A stretch of 63,302 nt of DNA, counting the filler, from Dimargaris cristalligena (taxonomy: Eukaryota): the NCBI GenBank assembly GCA_003614675.1. It is 9 parts of 9 records of this genome, joined end to end, with 100 filler letters (N's around TTAATTAATTAA, not from the genome) between each part and the next. Parts side by side here need not be neighbours in the genome. Positions count along the whole stretch, not along the records: positions 7,083 to 14,064 come from ML003465.1; positions 14,165 to 21,142 come from ML003466.1; positions 21,243 to 28,200 come from ML003467.1; 6 more parts are not named here. One strand, given 5' to 3'. The notes below the pieces were generated by a model, which was given only the letters and a program-made list of their open reading frames with translations, did no database searches and had not been told where the DNA came from. Positions 11,632 to 24,099 of the stretch are shown in pieces. Each line of letters begins with the position of its first letter. The stretch's first letter is position 1. Both the position numbers and the translations under genes were made by a program.

Positions 11632-12433
11632 TGAATTAAAGTCCACCACCTGCGTCGGCAGATGGTGTAGGGGAGTTCCTGAAAGGGAGTTGGAGTCGTT
11701 CAGCACTTTACATGACACCCCCCAGAACCAATGCCCAGGAGTCAGGACGTCTTTTGAATTTCACCTCCAGGTTTATGAAAGATGCGAGCGGGGGCGAGGG
11801 CCTATAAGTGGCGAGGGGGCTAATATTATGTGTCCGGCATTATCTCGATGACGCACTCTGCCGTTTAACCGGCAACTGCACGGTCAACCGTTTAGTGGGC
11901 TCCCAAATGCAAATCCCTGGAGCAAGACCTCCTTACGCCAGCCTATCACTCTTCAGTCGTAATGGTGTAATGGTTTATAGTGGCCATCGTCAGTATTGTG
12001 GCTGGGACTCGGTTAATGTATAGCCAGACTAGTAATGGAAACTAGGGCAGTTGAAACGTCTTTACCATTTCGACCTAAATTTTTAATTGGAAACTCCAGT
12101 ACGGTCCGCGATGTGCATGTCCAACTGGATTAGACATGGACCCGCCCTGGTCCTTGCTGGTATGTCCCAGTTATTCGTCTTCCAAATTGACGTCAGAACT
12201 CTGATGGTTCCATTCATTTAATGATTCTTAGCGCTGCGGCAATTCGTCATCGAGTCCGCTATATCTAACATCTGGTCTCCATTGCTAAGTTGCTATCATT
12301 CGCCATTCGCCTTGCGCAAATTGGTGCTGTGTAAATAGCGTCGACATTTCCTATCCATGAATAAACCAGACCATTTTATGTACACGTCTCCAGTTAAACG
12401 AGTTCCTGCTTCGAATATCCTTTCTAGTGTTTT

Positions 12434-12540
12434 CAGAGTCACCCCCAAGTATTTACAGAGTTTCCCAAGTTATCAGAGTATTCCCCAAGTTTCCAGAGTT
12501 ATCAGAGTTCTATCCGAGTACGAGCGTTTCCCCGAATGTT
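12434..12540 (+). repeat. Imperfect minisatellite (CAGAGT..CCCAAGT units, ~18-22 bp)
   Basis: CAGAGT recurs five times, with CCCAAGT spacers in the first three units. Confidence 0.6.
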
Positions 12541-13090
12541 ATTAATGTTTTAGTGTTATTTCGCGTATAAATATTATACCATACTATATGTGCCCAACTT
12601 TATTGGTAGCAGGAATCCTTTCCGCCCTCCGTGCCTGTGTCTCTCCCGAGCTCCTCACAAAGACCCTGTACCACCACCACCCTACAGGCTATATACGTAT
12701 CAGTCATAGCAACGAATGGAAGCGAACAAGTTAACAAAACCAAGGATGGCGAGGTAAGCAAGGTGGATATAATGACTTATTGTTAAATTAATGGGTCCGG
12801 CGAATGTCGAGGGATGCTAAGAGAAGAACAGAGGGGGGCGATAAGATTAAAATAATAGCGAAATTTGAAGGGGGTAGGCGATGGCAGCCTCTCAAGAATA
12901 GGGAATTCCGCTGATTACTTATGCAACCTTTTGAGGGCCCTTGGAGGTCACCGGATTGCAATGTTGACGCGAAAAAGAGCCAATAGGAATACTATAATGA
13001 ACCAGAAACACTCAGAAATATATCAGACTTGTGGATATAAGGTGATGAAAGGCGGAATTATCAATGCAAACTGATAATGTCAATGTGTAC

Positions 13091-13528
13091 CATCACCCAG
13101 GTTAACCACTCCTAATCCATCAAGAGTCCCAAGGATAGGCTTCTAACAGTAGGTAGGGCTTAGACTCGGCTAAGTGGGCTACTAGTATTAGGTAGGGTAT
13201 TGTACTAATTAATAAAGGCAATAAGCGGGGTATATATAAGGGACATGTAGTGGGTATATTTACTAGTCAGATATAAGGGGAGTAAGTATATATAATATTT
13301 ATTGGGTAAATAAGGGGTAATAATAAGCCAAGGAATCTAATTAGGCCCCATTGGAACTAGTTATATATATATAGGGATAACTCCAGAGGGAGGTCCCAAG
13401 GGGCAAATACTACTAAAGTTATAAGATAGATGAATAGGCTAACCTGATGGCTACTGGTATCCAGAAGACTCTAATGGTAACTGGAATAGGAGAATAGATC
13501 AGTACTGGGAGTAAGTAGTGCAAATAAG
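13091..13528 (-). mobile_element. Truncated LTR, family A, abutting a family-B LTR
   Basis: CATCACCCAGGTTAACCACT start matches the family-A end in reverse orientation. Confidence 0.75.
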
Positions 13529-13955
13529 TATCTTAAAATTACTGATATTCAGTGGATCTACTGTTCCCCCAGAAGGGAATGTTTCTTTATTTATATAATT
13601 GTATAGGGTATTGTATTGCCAATTTCATTCATCAAAAAGGAATAAAAGTTTTTCATGTAATAATAACTTATGTAAGTAGTATAACAACCTTATTATTAGT
13701 CTGCCATGCCTGGGAAAGATCTATAGTGATCTACGGTAATCTACATTGCTCTTATTGGTGGGTAGTAGATGTCCCATATTGGATACCCCCTCTCATCTGC
13801 TAACCCATTATAACTATGTTTCTAAGCTCTTCAAACTTTGCTTTAGGTAACCATTTTGTTTGTACCTTTGTAGTTAACATGTACTATGCCGTTTTCAACC
13901 AGGCCTCAGATATAGTGGTATTTTACATCAATATACTCGACCCATTTTATCTTCC
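13529..13955 (-). mobile_element. 3' end of a decayed Ty1/copia element: RNase H C-terminus, polypurine tract and 3' LTR (family B)
   Basis: Minus strand translates YIDVKYHYI*GLVENGIVHVNYKGTNKMV...KAKFEELR (copia HIDxxYHxIR motif), then PPT GAGAGGGGG immediately before the LTR 13785-13529. Confidence 0.8.
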
Positions 13956-13958
13956 CTG

Positions 13959-14064
13959 TGTAAAGAACTGAAATCAAATCCTTGAAAACTGAACTTTATT
14001 TGAAAGAATAGATGATAAAAGGGAAAGGTGATGATAGACTTGCTGTTCCAAGAGGTGGCAGCAA
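13959..14064 (-). mobile_element. LTR family C fragment at contig end; also 21045-21142 and 35340-35499
   Basis: Closely similar TGTAAA(G/A)AACTGAA...CTTGCTGTTCCAAGAGGT at three contig ends. The 35340 copy shows TATAAA, AATAAA and a TTTACA end. Probably a young repeat that broke the assembly. Confidence 0.75.
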
Positions 14065-14164
14065 NNNNNNNNNNNNNNNNNNNNNNNNNNNNNNNNNNNN
14101 NNNNNNNNTTAATTAATTAANNNNNNNNNNNNNNNNNNNNNNNNNNNNNNNNNNNNNNNNNNNN

Positions 14165-14262
14165 GGGGCAGGGGCTCATTCACTCGTCAGGGGCATACTT
14201 CCGATAAGTGCGAAAAATAGATAAAAAATAAAAGTAGGTAAAAAATGTGGTAAGTTCACCAC
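14165..14262 (+). repeat. Repeat end (LTR-like, ...CACCACA) at contig start; second copy 42379-42474
   Basis: Near-identical ~95-bp sequence beginning two contigs. Confidence 0.7.
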
Positions 14263-14269
14263 AACAGCC

Positions 14270-14879
14270 ATCCAGTTAGCTTATTATCATACCATTTAGT
14301 CTTAGTAGGATCTTCCCTTAGGACCTCCCTTTGGAGTTATCCCCACATATATATAACTGGGCCCCATTGGGACTGGTTAGATTCCTTGGCTTATTCTTAC
14401 CCTTAGTTTACCCCCAATAAACTCTATATATGCTCACTCCCTTTGTACAGACTAGTAAGTGTGTCTACTGTATATCCCTTACCTATACCTATACTTAGCC
14501 TGTCCAATATGGGACATCTACTACCCGCCAATAAGAGCGACATAGATCACCGTAGATCATTGCAGATCTTTCCCGGTCATGACAGGCCAATTATAAGGCC
14601 GCTATACCACTCACGTGAGTTATTATTACATAAAAAATTTTTTCTTCTTAGATGAATGGAATTGTCAATTCAATGTTCACATATATAAACTAAATAAAGT
14701 TCTCCTCCGGGGAACAGCAGATCCTCTGAATATCAACAGTTTTGACATAGCCTTTATTAGTTAGTACTATACCCTTACCTAATGCTAGTAGCCCATTTGG
14801 CTAAGCCTAAGCCCCACCTACCATTAATAGCCTATCCTCAGGACTCTTGATAGATTAAGAGTGGTGAACCTGGGTGATA
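14270..14879 (+). mobile_element. 5'-truncated family-A LTR interrupted by a nested family-B LTR
   Basis: Family-A sequence continues on both sides of 14501-14747. Confidence 0.8.
14501..14747 (+). mobile_element. Solo LTR, family B (247 bp), perfect TSD
   Basis: TGTC...GACA termini flanked by TAGCC (14496-14500, 14748-14752). Confidence 0.88.
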
Positions 14880-15899
14880 GGCCCATATGTTGGTATAGTA
14901 TCAAGAATCTTGTATATAGCTAATAATATGGTTTAGAAATAGGTTCATCTATTCCCAAATTACATATTTCTCTTAACACCATCCCAGCTTCACTGTTTAG
15001 TTGGAATTAGTCATATCTATTGTACCCATTAAGAATTAATGTGCCGGGCTGTAGACTCAAATAGCTCAATCATGTAAAATTAACCTGCGTCCCAAGTCAT
15101 ACTTGACATAGCATCCACATCATTATTGTGAATTTGCGAAACCCTTTACAGTCTTAAAGACTTGCACTGCATCTATACTTACTGTATTGCTAGAGTTATC
15201 TGCCGAAGCCAATCCCTATACATAGTGCAATGGGGGGATGAATTAATAGATTCGATTTTTGATTATCGTGTCATACTAAAGTCCCAACTAATAGTGAACA
15301 AAAAAATCTGAGCATTACGAACATATTGATACGTTTATAAGATTACCAAGTGGCTTTAAACCTTTGATCTACCATTAGATGACCAGACCGAATGTAGCTG
15401 CTCGCGGTCTCGATGAACTTCTTTATAATAATATATGTAAAAAAAAGAACATGTGACAATAGCAAAATGAATCACCGGAATTGGGTTGAGAGCCTCTATT
15501 GTGATAAAGCTAAAATGAGACACACCAATACGGCAGCTCGGTCTAAAGTACAAGTCGTGTTCCCTTTCTGTTTGGTCAACAGGGCCAACCCAGACCTCTC
15601 CATATGAAGCTCATATAATTAAAGGGTTATATCGTAGTCATAAAGCTGGCCGCCATTTGTATAAAAACCCTAGCGTTCCCCACCACTATTTTCAACCATA
15701 TCCAAGCAACATTTCCCTATTCACACCTATCCTGTCTACAGCCAAGAACATCGTTTATTAAATTGCCATCTACTCCAACTTCTCGCCATCCACCAATAAA
15801 CAGCTGTCTCCTCCGCCTCACCCCCAATTCCAGTTACAATTCCAACTACAATCTCAAGCCTAACTCTCGCGCCCCATCCATCCGCCCATTACCACCGCC

Positions 15900-16451
15900 A
15901 TGTTGAATCCGGAATTGATGGTCGCCCTGTTTGCCCTCGTCATCGCAGTCGGTAGCCTGCCTAGCAGCCAGGCCTCTCTGCCTCTCAATTCTCATACAAG
16001 CCCCTCGGGCTTAGTGACTCTGCAACGTCGGAGTTCAGTTCAAATAGTGCGCAGGGCTTTGCGTAATGCAATTAGAATCAACAATCCCACTGAAGGTTTC
16101 GTCAAATTACTTTTCAAAATATATACGGAGTGTAATAAGGACTCCTCGGCCCAAAAAAAGGAAAACACCAAACCGCCCCTGATTGCAGCCGGGAACAAGG
16201 TGTCGGAGGGATGCAAAAAGAAAGAGGGGGAAATCTATGCGAAAATACAGCCCATAATGGCCAACAGAACCTCTGCGGCCGCGGACGCTATATCGATCTG
16301 GCAGAAATTTCAAGAATCACCCACCCAAGACGAGAGTGCCTTTTTGAGTTACCTGGAGAAAGAAAATATTTCGTTGGTTTGGGAAGGGGGTGATAAAGAA
16401 GTTGAGGGGAAACAGGAGAGCTTGAAGGTTTCCTCCAAACAAAAAAACTAA
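15900..16451 (+). CDS. Orphan secreted protein, 183 aa (effector-like)
   Basis: CCGCCATG context and TATAAAA at about 15660. Hydrophobic signal (LMVALFALVIAVGS), LQRR/RR processing sites, helical Lys/Glu-rich body. Confidence 0.65.
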   Translation: MLNPELMVALFALVIAVGSLPSSQASLPLNSHTSPSGLVTLQRRSSVQIVRRALRNAIRINNPTEGFVKLLFKIYTECNKDSSAQKKENTKPPLIAAGNKVSEGCKKKEGEIYAKIQPIMANRTSAAADAISIWQKFQESPTQDESAFLSYLEKENISLVWEGGDKEVEGKQESLKVSSKQKN

Positions 16452-17434
16452 ATGGATACTGGGCCGACTGCGCTAAGAGGTCTCCCTGTTTAAATATCAT
16501 CATCCCGAGTTGCTTCGTTGACCCCTTCCCTTTTCCAGCCTGCCGCCTAACCGGTCACATTTGTCGTATTTTTTAAATAAAAGACATTGCTTTGTAAAAG
16601 ATGGGCTACGATGGTGGATACCGACGCCCCATAAAAATAATCTAACGAATACTGTGGTTCTGTATCACAGATAGTAGTAGGCGAGCGAAAGTCGTGGCCA
16701 ATGTATGACTTTGATTGAAGTGGAGGTAACAATGTGTTGCGGATAGTTGCTAAACTCATGTATAGCTCAACCCAGTACGCCAATTATTAGTAGCATGGTT
16801 GAGCAGAACCTACCGGGTATGTGAATTAGTCCCACTCAGTGCTTGGGGAATTTAGTATGAGCCCTTGGATGCCAATCTTTGTCTGTATAGGTCATTTTAA
16901 TGCGTGCTATGTAATTAGATTTGACTGTAGTAAAGGGGAGGAGCAAGATAAAGGCCAAGGAAGTGATTGCGGGTAATTGAGTAAGAAGGGAACCAGGGTT
17001 GTTATCGAGTAAGCATGGGCTTGGGAGAGTAACCTTAATATGGCACGCCAAGTGCAAATTGAGCCCTGTCCGGCTATACAGAAGTATATTATATATGTGG
17101 AGCATGGCTACTCCTAGTGACCGGAAAGGAAAAGATAGTACGTAATGACACCGCCGCTCACCACCCCATATGTGGTATAGGCTGCTAGATTCGAGGTCAA
17201 ATCAGCGGCCTCCCTTCTTAAATACTATTCCAAAAATGAAACAACCAAGTTCCACTCTTATGTTGTTGACTTTACAATTAGAGTGATCAGCCATCACATT
17301 GGTTGCTCCCAGTTCTATACGAAGGACAATCATATAGATACTAGAACCCAACCACATAAAACAATAATCAGTTAACCTCTTTAAAACAGTTAGCATTACT
17401 TTATCCTGTGGATTATTGTCTAATCCTTTCTTTC

Positions 17435-17718
17435 ATATGGGTGAAATTCGGCCCAACTGTATAAGCGTTTAAATGGTAGGCATATGGGGAAATGTGCGGG
17501 AGATTCATTATTAACCAATAATATTTGCCTCATCCAACGGATTTTATGTTATACAGCCTGGTTGAATCTTTCCCATATGGGAGTAGTTCAACAGGGCTGT
17601 ATAACAAAAAATCCATTTGATGAGGCAAATACTACCTGTTTAAAATGAACATCCTGCTGATTTTCCCATACACATATCAGTTAAAACCTTATACAACCAA
17701 GCTGAACTTCACCCATAT
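17435..17718. mobile_element. Two ~145-bp MITE copies joined in inverted orientation (~285-bp imperfect palindrome)
   Basis: Unit ATGGGTGAAATTC...CTGTATA ... TATACAG...GAATCTTTCCCAT. The second unit is the reverse complement and shares the central CCCATATGGG. Confidence 0.8.
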
Positions 17719-19047
17719 CCTACTTTGTGTTTTTGGCATTCCCCACAGTAATATTATGATTGGGTTTTTGCAATTTAAACCTCTTCTATAGTATTTCTAC
17801 CCCGCCTCGTGGCACCTGCCTACGTTCATTCTAGCTGCCCTCGTCGAATTTGGGCCCCGCTGAATGAAAGGTAGCCCCCTACTAATTTTATATCTCTGGT
17901 TATAATCGTCCTATACTTGGGACATCTTTTTATCTTGATTACTGCTTTTATCAAACTTAATAAACCAACTGTGAGCATTTAGCTCTGCTACGTGTGGCTC
18001 TTTCTCTCTTCTTTAAACCATTTAAGTTGCATTTAAAGGCACTTGTGCTTACCCTTTGGTTTATCATTACAACGCTAGTCGGGGTATGTGGTAGATAGTT
18101 GCGATATCGATTACTAACATGGTAAATGATTTGTGGTATTATAAGGCCTTTATGGGAGGCCAGTGAAATGAGATCTCGGCCCAATTAGGCCCGATAGTTT
18201 TGCACAATCCCTTGGAAATACAATCCTCGTTGGCCGTAATACTGGGTTAAAGGCAACCATTGAGGTTTGGCGTACTGACTAGCATATGTTCTCAAGTGGG
18301 TATGTACCTATATTTATTGAGGGCCCTGTATTCTTTGGCTACCTTGACTTCCAGGCACCCTACCTACAATGGTTTTTTTTTGCCCCTATGGTTTGTATGT
18401 TTACAGGTTGAAACCCCCGATTGGGACTTTCACACTTCCAATGTAGGATTATATGCCATGATCCTTCGAGTGGCCACCCAGTTCCATGTACGACCGCACT
18501 TTTTATAAACATGTTTTTAAATTATCTTGGTTGGGACCTTTTCTAAGCACACCTACGGGACTAGTCACGCCAAAACATCATAACAAATTGGACAGCTGTA
18601 TCCGGAGAACAATATAAGCAATCTTCGTGGTTATTATGGTAAACATTTTAATTACTGAAAATGTGGAGTCATAATTTGGACGAGGGTAGTACTATAATTA
18701 CAGTATGTTTTCTAGAGTGGTCCAATACATCAATCAAAAATATAGTATTTTCATAAAACTCGATTATTAAATGGTGTAGCCCCTAATATTAAGCACTCCT
18801 CATATTACGCAACCAGGGAGTAACGCCAAGATAATCTACTCAATCAAAAATCAAAAATCAAAATTGAAAATTAGAGCAGCTGGTTACCTGTAAAAACAGC
18901 AGGGTTGAATGGAAAAGCGCTAAGTTGTGGTTAAGAGTCCACTCCATCAAATCTAGTTATTCTCCTGGTAGTATACCTACCACCGGTAAATAAAGTGATC
19001 CAAAGACATTGTTGCTTCAAAACCAGCGAGCTAGAAAGTAAAGTGGG

Positions 19048-19374
19048 TTATAGGCCCTGGTATATCTTAACAGCGTACGGGAGGTAGGCGGTTCCCAATC
19101 CCATCAAGGCGAAGGTAATGCTGGACATTGTCGGACGTTTGTTGGGGTCTTCGGTAATCTTGCGCTCGTGGACCGTTCCCAGGAGCGACGCGAACAAAGA
19201 TAACCAAGACGCGTAGCGGAAGCGGAACATAATGCCGACCAAAGCTGCGATGAGACCCACGAGGTTGTAGATTTCGGTGAGACCATCGGTGCTCTGCTCC
19301 ACCATCGCTGGGCTAATGTAGAAAGGTTTGACATCCTGGGGACGACGGGGATCTCCTTGGGTCTGGACCGGCAT
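19048..19374 (-). CDS. WDR83OS: PAT complex subunit Asterix (WDR83OS/UPF0139 family)
   Basis: N-terminal DPRRP..V.P motif, 108 aa, three hydrophobic segments, R(Y/W)ASW.SL pattern. Confidence 0.85.
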   Translation of the reverse strand: MPVQTQGDPRRPQDVKPFYISPAMVEQSTDGLTEIYNLVGLIAALVGIMFRFRYASWLSLFASLLGTVHERKITEDPNKRPTMSSITFALMGLGTAYLPYAVKIYQGL

Positions 19375-20031
19375 GATAGGTATATGCTAACTTGGCCAAA
19401 AAACAAACGACGTTAAGATGCACCAAATTTGAAAGTGAAATACAAAAAACTGGATTGAAAAACGAACCCGATGGGGAAAGTATAGTACACTCATAAACCC
19501 AAGAAGAACAAGGTGGTGATAATGTAACCTCACACTCGTTGTCTTAATCGGGGAACCTATACTTCTGTGGGTCTGTGGTTCACTTATACACTCTTATTAT
19601 ATGGTGGCACATACAAGACATAATTAGGCTCGTCAGCTATCTTACTATGAATTGACGCCATTTTTTAATAGTTCAAGGCCTGCTTATGTAGTACCATGGC
19701 CCGGGGATCCGGGAGGGTTCGGCGTGACCCTGTTGGGTTGAAGGGCACCGTACCATGAGGAGGAGGAGGAGGCTGGAAACAACTATTCAATTAGTGAGTG
19801 GGGACGGGATGGAGATGGCAGAGGAGACACCTCTGGGCTCCCAGTGAACAGATGCTTGGAACAGAACATGGTATATTAACTAAATGAAATAGCCTTTTTT
19901 AAAAAAATTGGTAAATTATTTTGTTTTAAAAGGAATGAATATATTTCAAACTTGGGGACCATGGCTACTTTATATTTGCTCTTCAACAGCCTTGTTAAAG
20001 TAATAAAATTAATAGTTTTCTGGTTTAATAG

Positions 20032-20609
20032 TGTTAGCCCTCCTAATATGACTTAATCCAAGCTTTATGATTGTCCACCCTTATTAGGCCTAATAGTGTC
20101 ATATTAACCCTCCCATGGTCACCCCTAGTACTATAGGATCATCATTTATCATATAACCATTCTCCTTCTGGACCCCAGTACTTTACACTAATCACTCAAC
20201 CTGCTGATCCAAAGACTCTTCCAGTTCCCATGAGAGTCTTCCAGATATGAGGCCCATCTGGTTATCTATTTATCCATACTGTAGTCTAGTAGTATCTCCT
20301 CTTAGGGCCTCCCTCTGGAGCTGCCCTATGTATATATAACTGAGCCCCTTGGGACTAGTTAGATTCTTTAGCTTATTCTTACCCCCTAGTTTACCTCAAT
20401 AAACTCCATATATACTCACCCCCTTGTACTAACCAGTAAGTGTGCCTACTGCATGTCCCTTGCATAGCAGACCACATAAGCCTTTATTAGTTAGTATTAT
20501 ACCTGTACCTCATGCTAGTAGCCCACTTGGCTGAGTCTAAGCCCTACCTACCATTAGAAGCCTATCCCTGAGACTCTTGATGGACTAAGAGTGGTTAACT
20601 TAGGCAATA
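20032..20609 (+). mobile_element. Solo LTR, family A, perfect TSD
   Basis: Flanked by AATAG (20027-20031, 20610-20614); TATATATAA at about 20331 and AATAAA at about 20398. Confidence 0.88.
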
Positions 20610-22817
20610 AATAGATAAGTTTTTTATAAAAGAATATTTATTTAGAAATAAGTGTGGTATAATTAGTAATATATGACTAGTTTATTTTCTTGGTGGATTG
20701 CTCCTTGAACTGGGGAGTAAAATAGGCAGGTTTTTATACCTGAATTACAAGACTAAGATGGAGTAATTGTAACAGGCACTGAATAGTTGTTGATAATGAT
20801 TTCTCCCATCTTGACCATTCTCCTTTAACACCTTATGCTCATAGCTTAGAAAATACCATCTTCTCTCATGGTTTCAGAGATAGTGGCTAGCTCTAGACTA
20901 TGAGTTCAGTGTTAGTGCTCATTTTAGTTTTAAAAGGGATATATATAGTAACAATCTGGGTTTTGGTAGATCCAATAAAGGAATTGATAGGAATAAGCTT
21001 TCCTTAAACCTGCACTATGCAGCAGTACACTTATATATTATGGGTGTAAAGAACTGAACGCAAATCCTTGAAAACTGAACTTTATTTGAAAAGATAGATA
21101 ATAAAAGGGAAAGGTGATGATAGACTTGCTGTTCCAAGAGGTNNNNNNNNNNNNNNNNNNNNNNNNNNNNNNNNNNNNNNNNNNNNTTAATTAATTAANN
21201 NNNNNNNNNNNNNNNNNNNNNNNNNNNNNNNNNNNNNNNNNNGGTGGGAATTAGTAAGAGATTTTAAAGTACTAGAAGGGTAGTTTAATTAAAAAAATAC
21301 AGTTTCTATACACTAGCTGCAAGATTATATATAAAAGAAAGTTTAAGTTTATTATAATTTGATTCAGTATAGGAATAGTCCTTTAATAAGTAGTAGAAAG
21401 TATTGAAAAATAGTAAAAATTAGTTAAAGAAAGCCAATTTTTTACTAGTCCAGTTGCTAGACATCAATTTACATAGTACACTTTTTTTTTTGGCTTTCCC
21501 GAGTCATTATTCATAGATTTATTATAGGTCTTATGATTGATCACAGGGTCGGGGATCATTTTTCCCCCATTTTTTAAAAAAGTCCCATCGATCTACCTAT
21601 TTCCCGTTTCGATAAAAAAAATAGTCCCGCTACATCAATTGGAACTTTCATTCAAATTGTAATGGTTTGGGTCGAGTGGGACCTATGGATTAACCGAGTT
21701 TCCAAAGAAGGAAGGATTTGACAAAATAACAAGGTGCTGAGTTGGGCGGGAAAAGTTCTAAAGAGTTATTTATTGATTATTAAATCGAAACTTAAGGAGT
21801 CAAGATTATGCTGTGTCTATTCGTTATATACTACTCGGTTGGTTGTCTACTGGCTTGGGCGGCTGCTGTTCACCACTTGCCCGGTGGAGGTGGATGTAAG
21901 GGGAGGGACGGGTTGGACGATTTCATTGGCCGGATGTCCTAGTCGCTCTATAGTTGGGTGTTCCGCCTCACCTGGCGGTTGCAAAATCATTATATAGCTT
22001 GATTGAACTTCTCCCATATGTTTAAAAAACGAATTCTTTGATTGACAATCCTCATCCCACCCACCCAATGAACTATCTAGGATGCCTAGCCAATAAAACA
22101 ATTCAATTAAGCATTCCCATTTGAACCCCCTAACTCTAGTCTACAGGCTGACAACATAACCGAAATATAGCAGGAACTGGGCATGCACTGACCACCACCT
22201 TCCCTAATGGTATACAGCCAGTACTACCACTCAACAATTTTATATTCGGTTAAATACAGTTGAAAATTTAGTCCAGTCCTGTCCATTTTATTAGGGTGTT
22301 CCGGATGCAGCAGGTATACAATTTCTGATGGCTAATCATTTCAGATTGAGTCCAAAAAGATAATGTATAAGAAAGCTTGGACAACTGTTCCCTTTTATCA
22401 TTAATGGCATACCAATAAAATTCAACCTTCACCTCCTATTTTACTATTAACTTCCAATTGGGTTTTTCATATTCATTCCTAAGAGCTAGTAGTACTAATA
22501 GTATGCATTATGTGAAATGAATCACCCTGGCCCTTCATTACTGGAAATAGTAGCTGATGTATACATTGTAATGTAATTGTTATTTACTGACCCCCAATAC
22601 TGAATAACATGGTTGCTGATCATATTTACCGTGATTTTGGGTTAAAACTTGGTCTTATCCTTGAGGCATACCAGATTCAAAACTGTTTGAACTTTAAACC
22701 TCCAAAATCTTGGACTATACACTTACACATTAGGGCAGAATAAGAGGGAAACAGTGGTCAATCATCTAGTCTGTGGGTACACTAAACCATTGTGTGCAAA
22801 TTCATCCAGTTTAGTAC

Positions 22818-22961
22818 ATATGGGAGAGATTCAACCAAGCTGTATAACAAAAAATCCACTGGATGAAGCAAATACTACTGGTTAAACATGAATATCCCAC
22901 CCATCTCCATGTACACATATTAGTCAAAACCCTATACAGCTAGACCGAATTTCACCCATAT
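22818..22961. mobile_element. ~145-bp MITE copy (further copies at about 27549-27691, 32403-32538, 36241-36596 interrupted, 42220-42278, 43953-44010, 60774-60920)
   Basis: ATATGGG...CCCATAT termini with ~25-bp imperfect TIRs and a conserved internal AAAATCC..TGGATGA.GCAAATACTAC. Confidence 0.8.
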
Positions 22962-24099
22962 TGACCAAGGCCCCAACTAGCACAAGTGGAGTATTGTGAT
23001 TCAATCAACTGGAATAACATCCACCTTTCTGAATGAACAGGCCTTAATTAGAATGTAAGAGGCAAATATGCACATTGTGAGTTGTTACTTGGTTTGTGAT
23101 CAGGATATTTAGACCTATCACATTTTAGTGGCATGCTGGGTGAAGCAAAGTATAGTATGGCTACCATCTATAACCATATAAATTTTAGTTTGGGGGTGTA
23201 GAAAAAGCATCTACTATACTTTAACTAAAACAGTATGATACTGCAAATACCCCTGTTCCTTTCATCTTTACCCTCGGGATTTTATATATTAACCATTTCT
23301 TAAACTATCTTTTACCTCAACTCACACCATCTGCACCCATAATCGCTCCTTTGCCCAATCATCCATTCCTCTCCATTTTAGCATTCTTTTTGATTAACTC
23401 TATACATATTATATAGTGTATAACCCACTCCTACTCCCGGGAACTTCGTTTTACTGGCAATCCAGACGGGGAATCACAACTTGGGGAAAATGGGGAAAGG
23501 TAGGGGCGGATAACCCCAAAAAATAGTGCAAGTATCCTTTCTATCCACCTTGACAGCCAAAGCACTTTGGCCAGAGAAATCCCAAAACAATTATCAACCC
23601 AACTGATCCTCACGCCAAGATATCTTACGATAATCAGACAGTATTACAAAAAATACATTTCGATTTGATCGATTATACTAGTTACAGACCACTCACCGAT
23701 ATATTTTTAAAGCACGTATCGTTTTAAATCGTATATGGTTGGGTTATATATCACCCCGATTTAATATCTGAACCGATTTTTCTGTTCATCCCAGTTTACT
23801 ACGGTCCGAGAGACACTAATAGCTGGCGGGGTTTTCTCATCGCATAAGCATATTAATCGCTTTTATTGTAATTCAGGGATATCCATAATTTAACCTGAGG
23901 TATCAATGGAAAAACCAATGTATAAAGTTGGTTCACAAGTATTGAAATAAACGACCATCAGGGTTTGGGGTATAAAATAAAAGTTGAAGTAATACTACAT
24001 AATTTTCGGCACAAGATAGACTGGGACAAATAGTCGCTGGAATCTTGTCAAGAAACCGGTGAATATTGATCAACTGCAGCGCATCAGAATCAATTTATC

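Noticed and set aside
12434-12540. Short repeats as a possible CRISPR array
   Set aside because: Degenerate tandem units without unique spacers; eukaryotic context and no cas genes.
22640-22690. Minus-strand SGMPQG resembling an RT/RdRp motif B
   Set aside because: Immediately followed by a stop, with no downstream YADD/SDD/GDD motif recognised.
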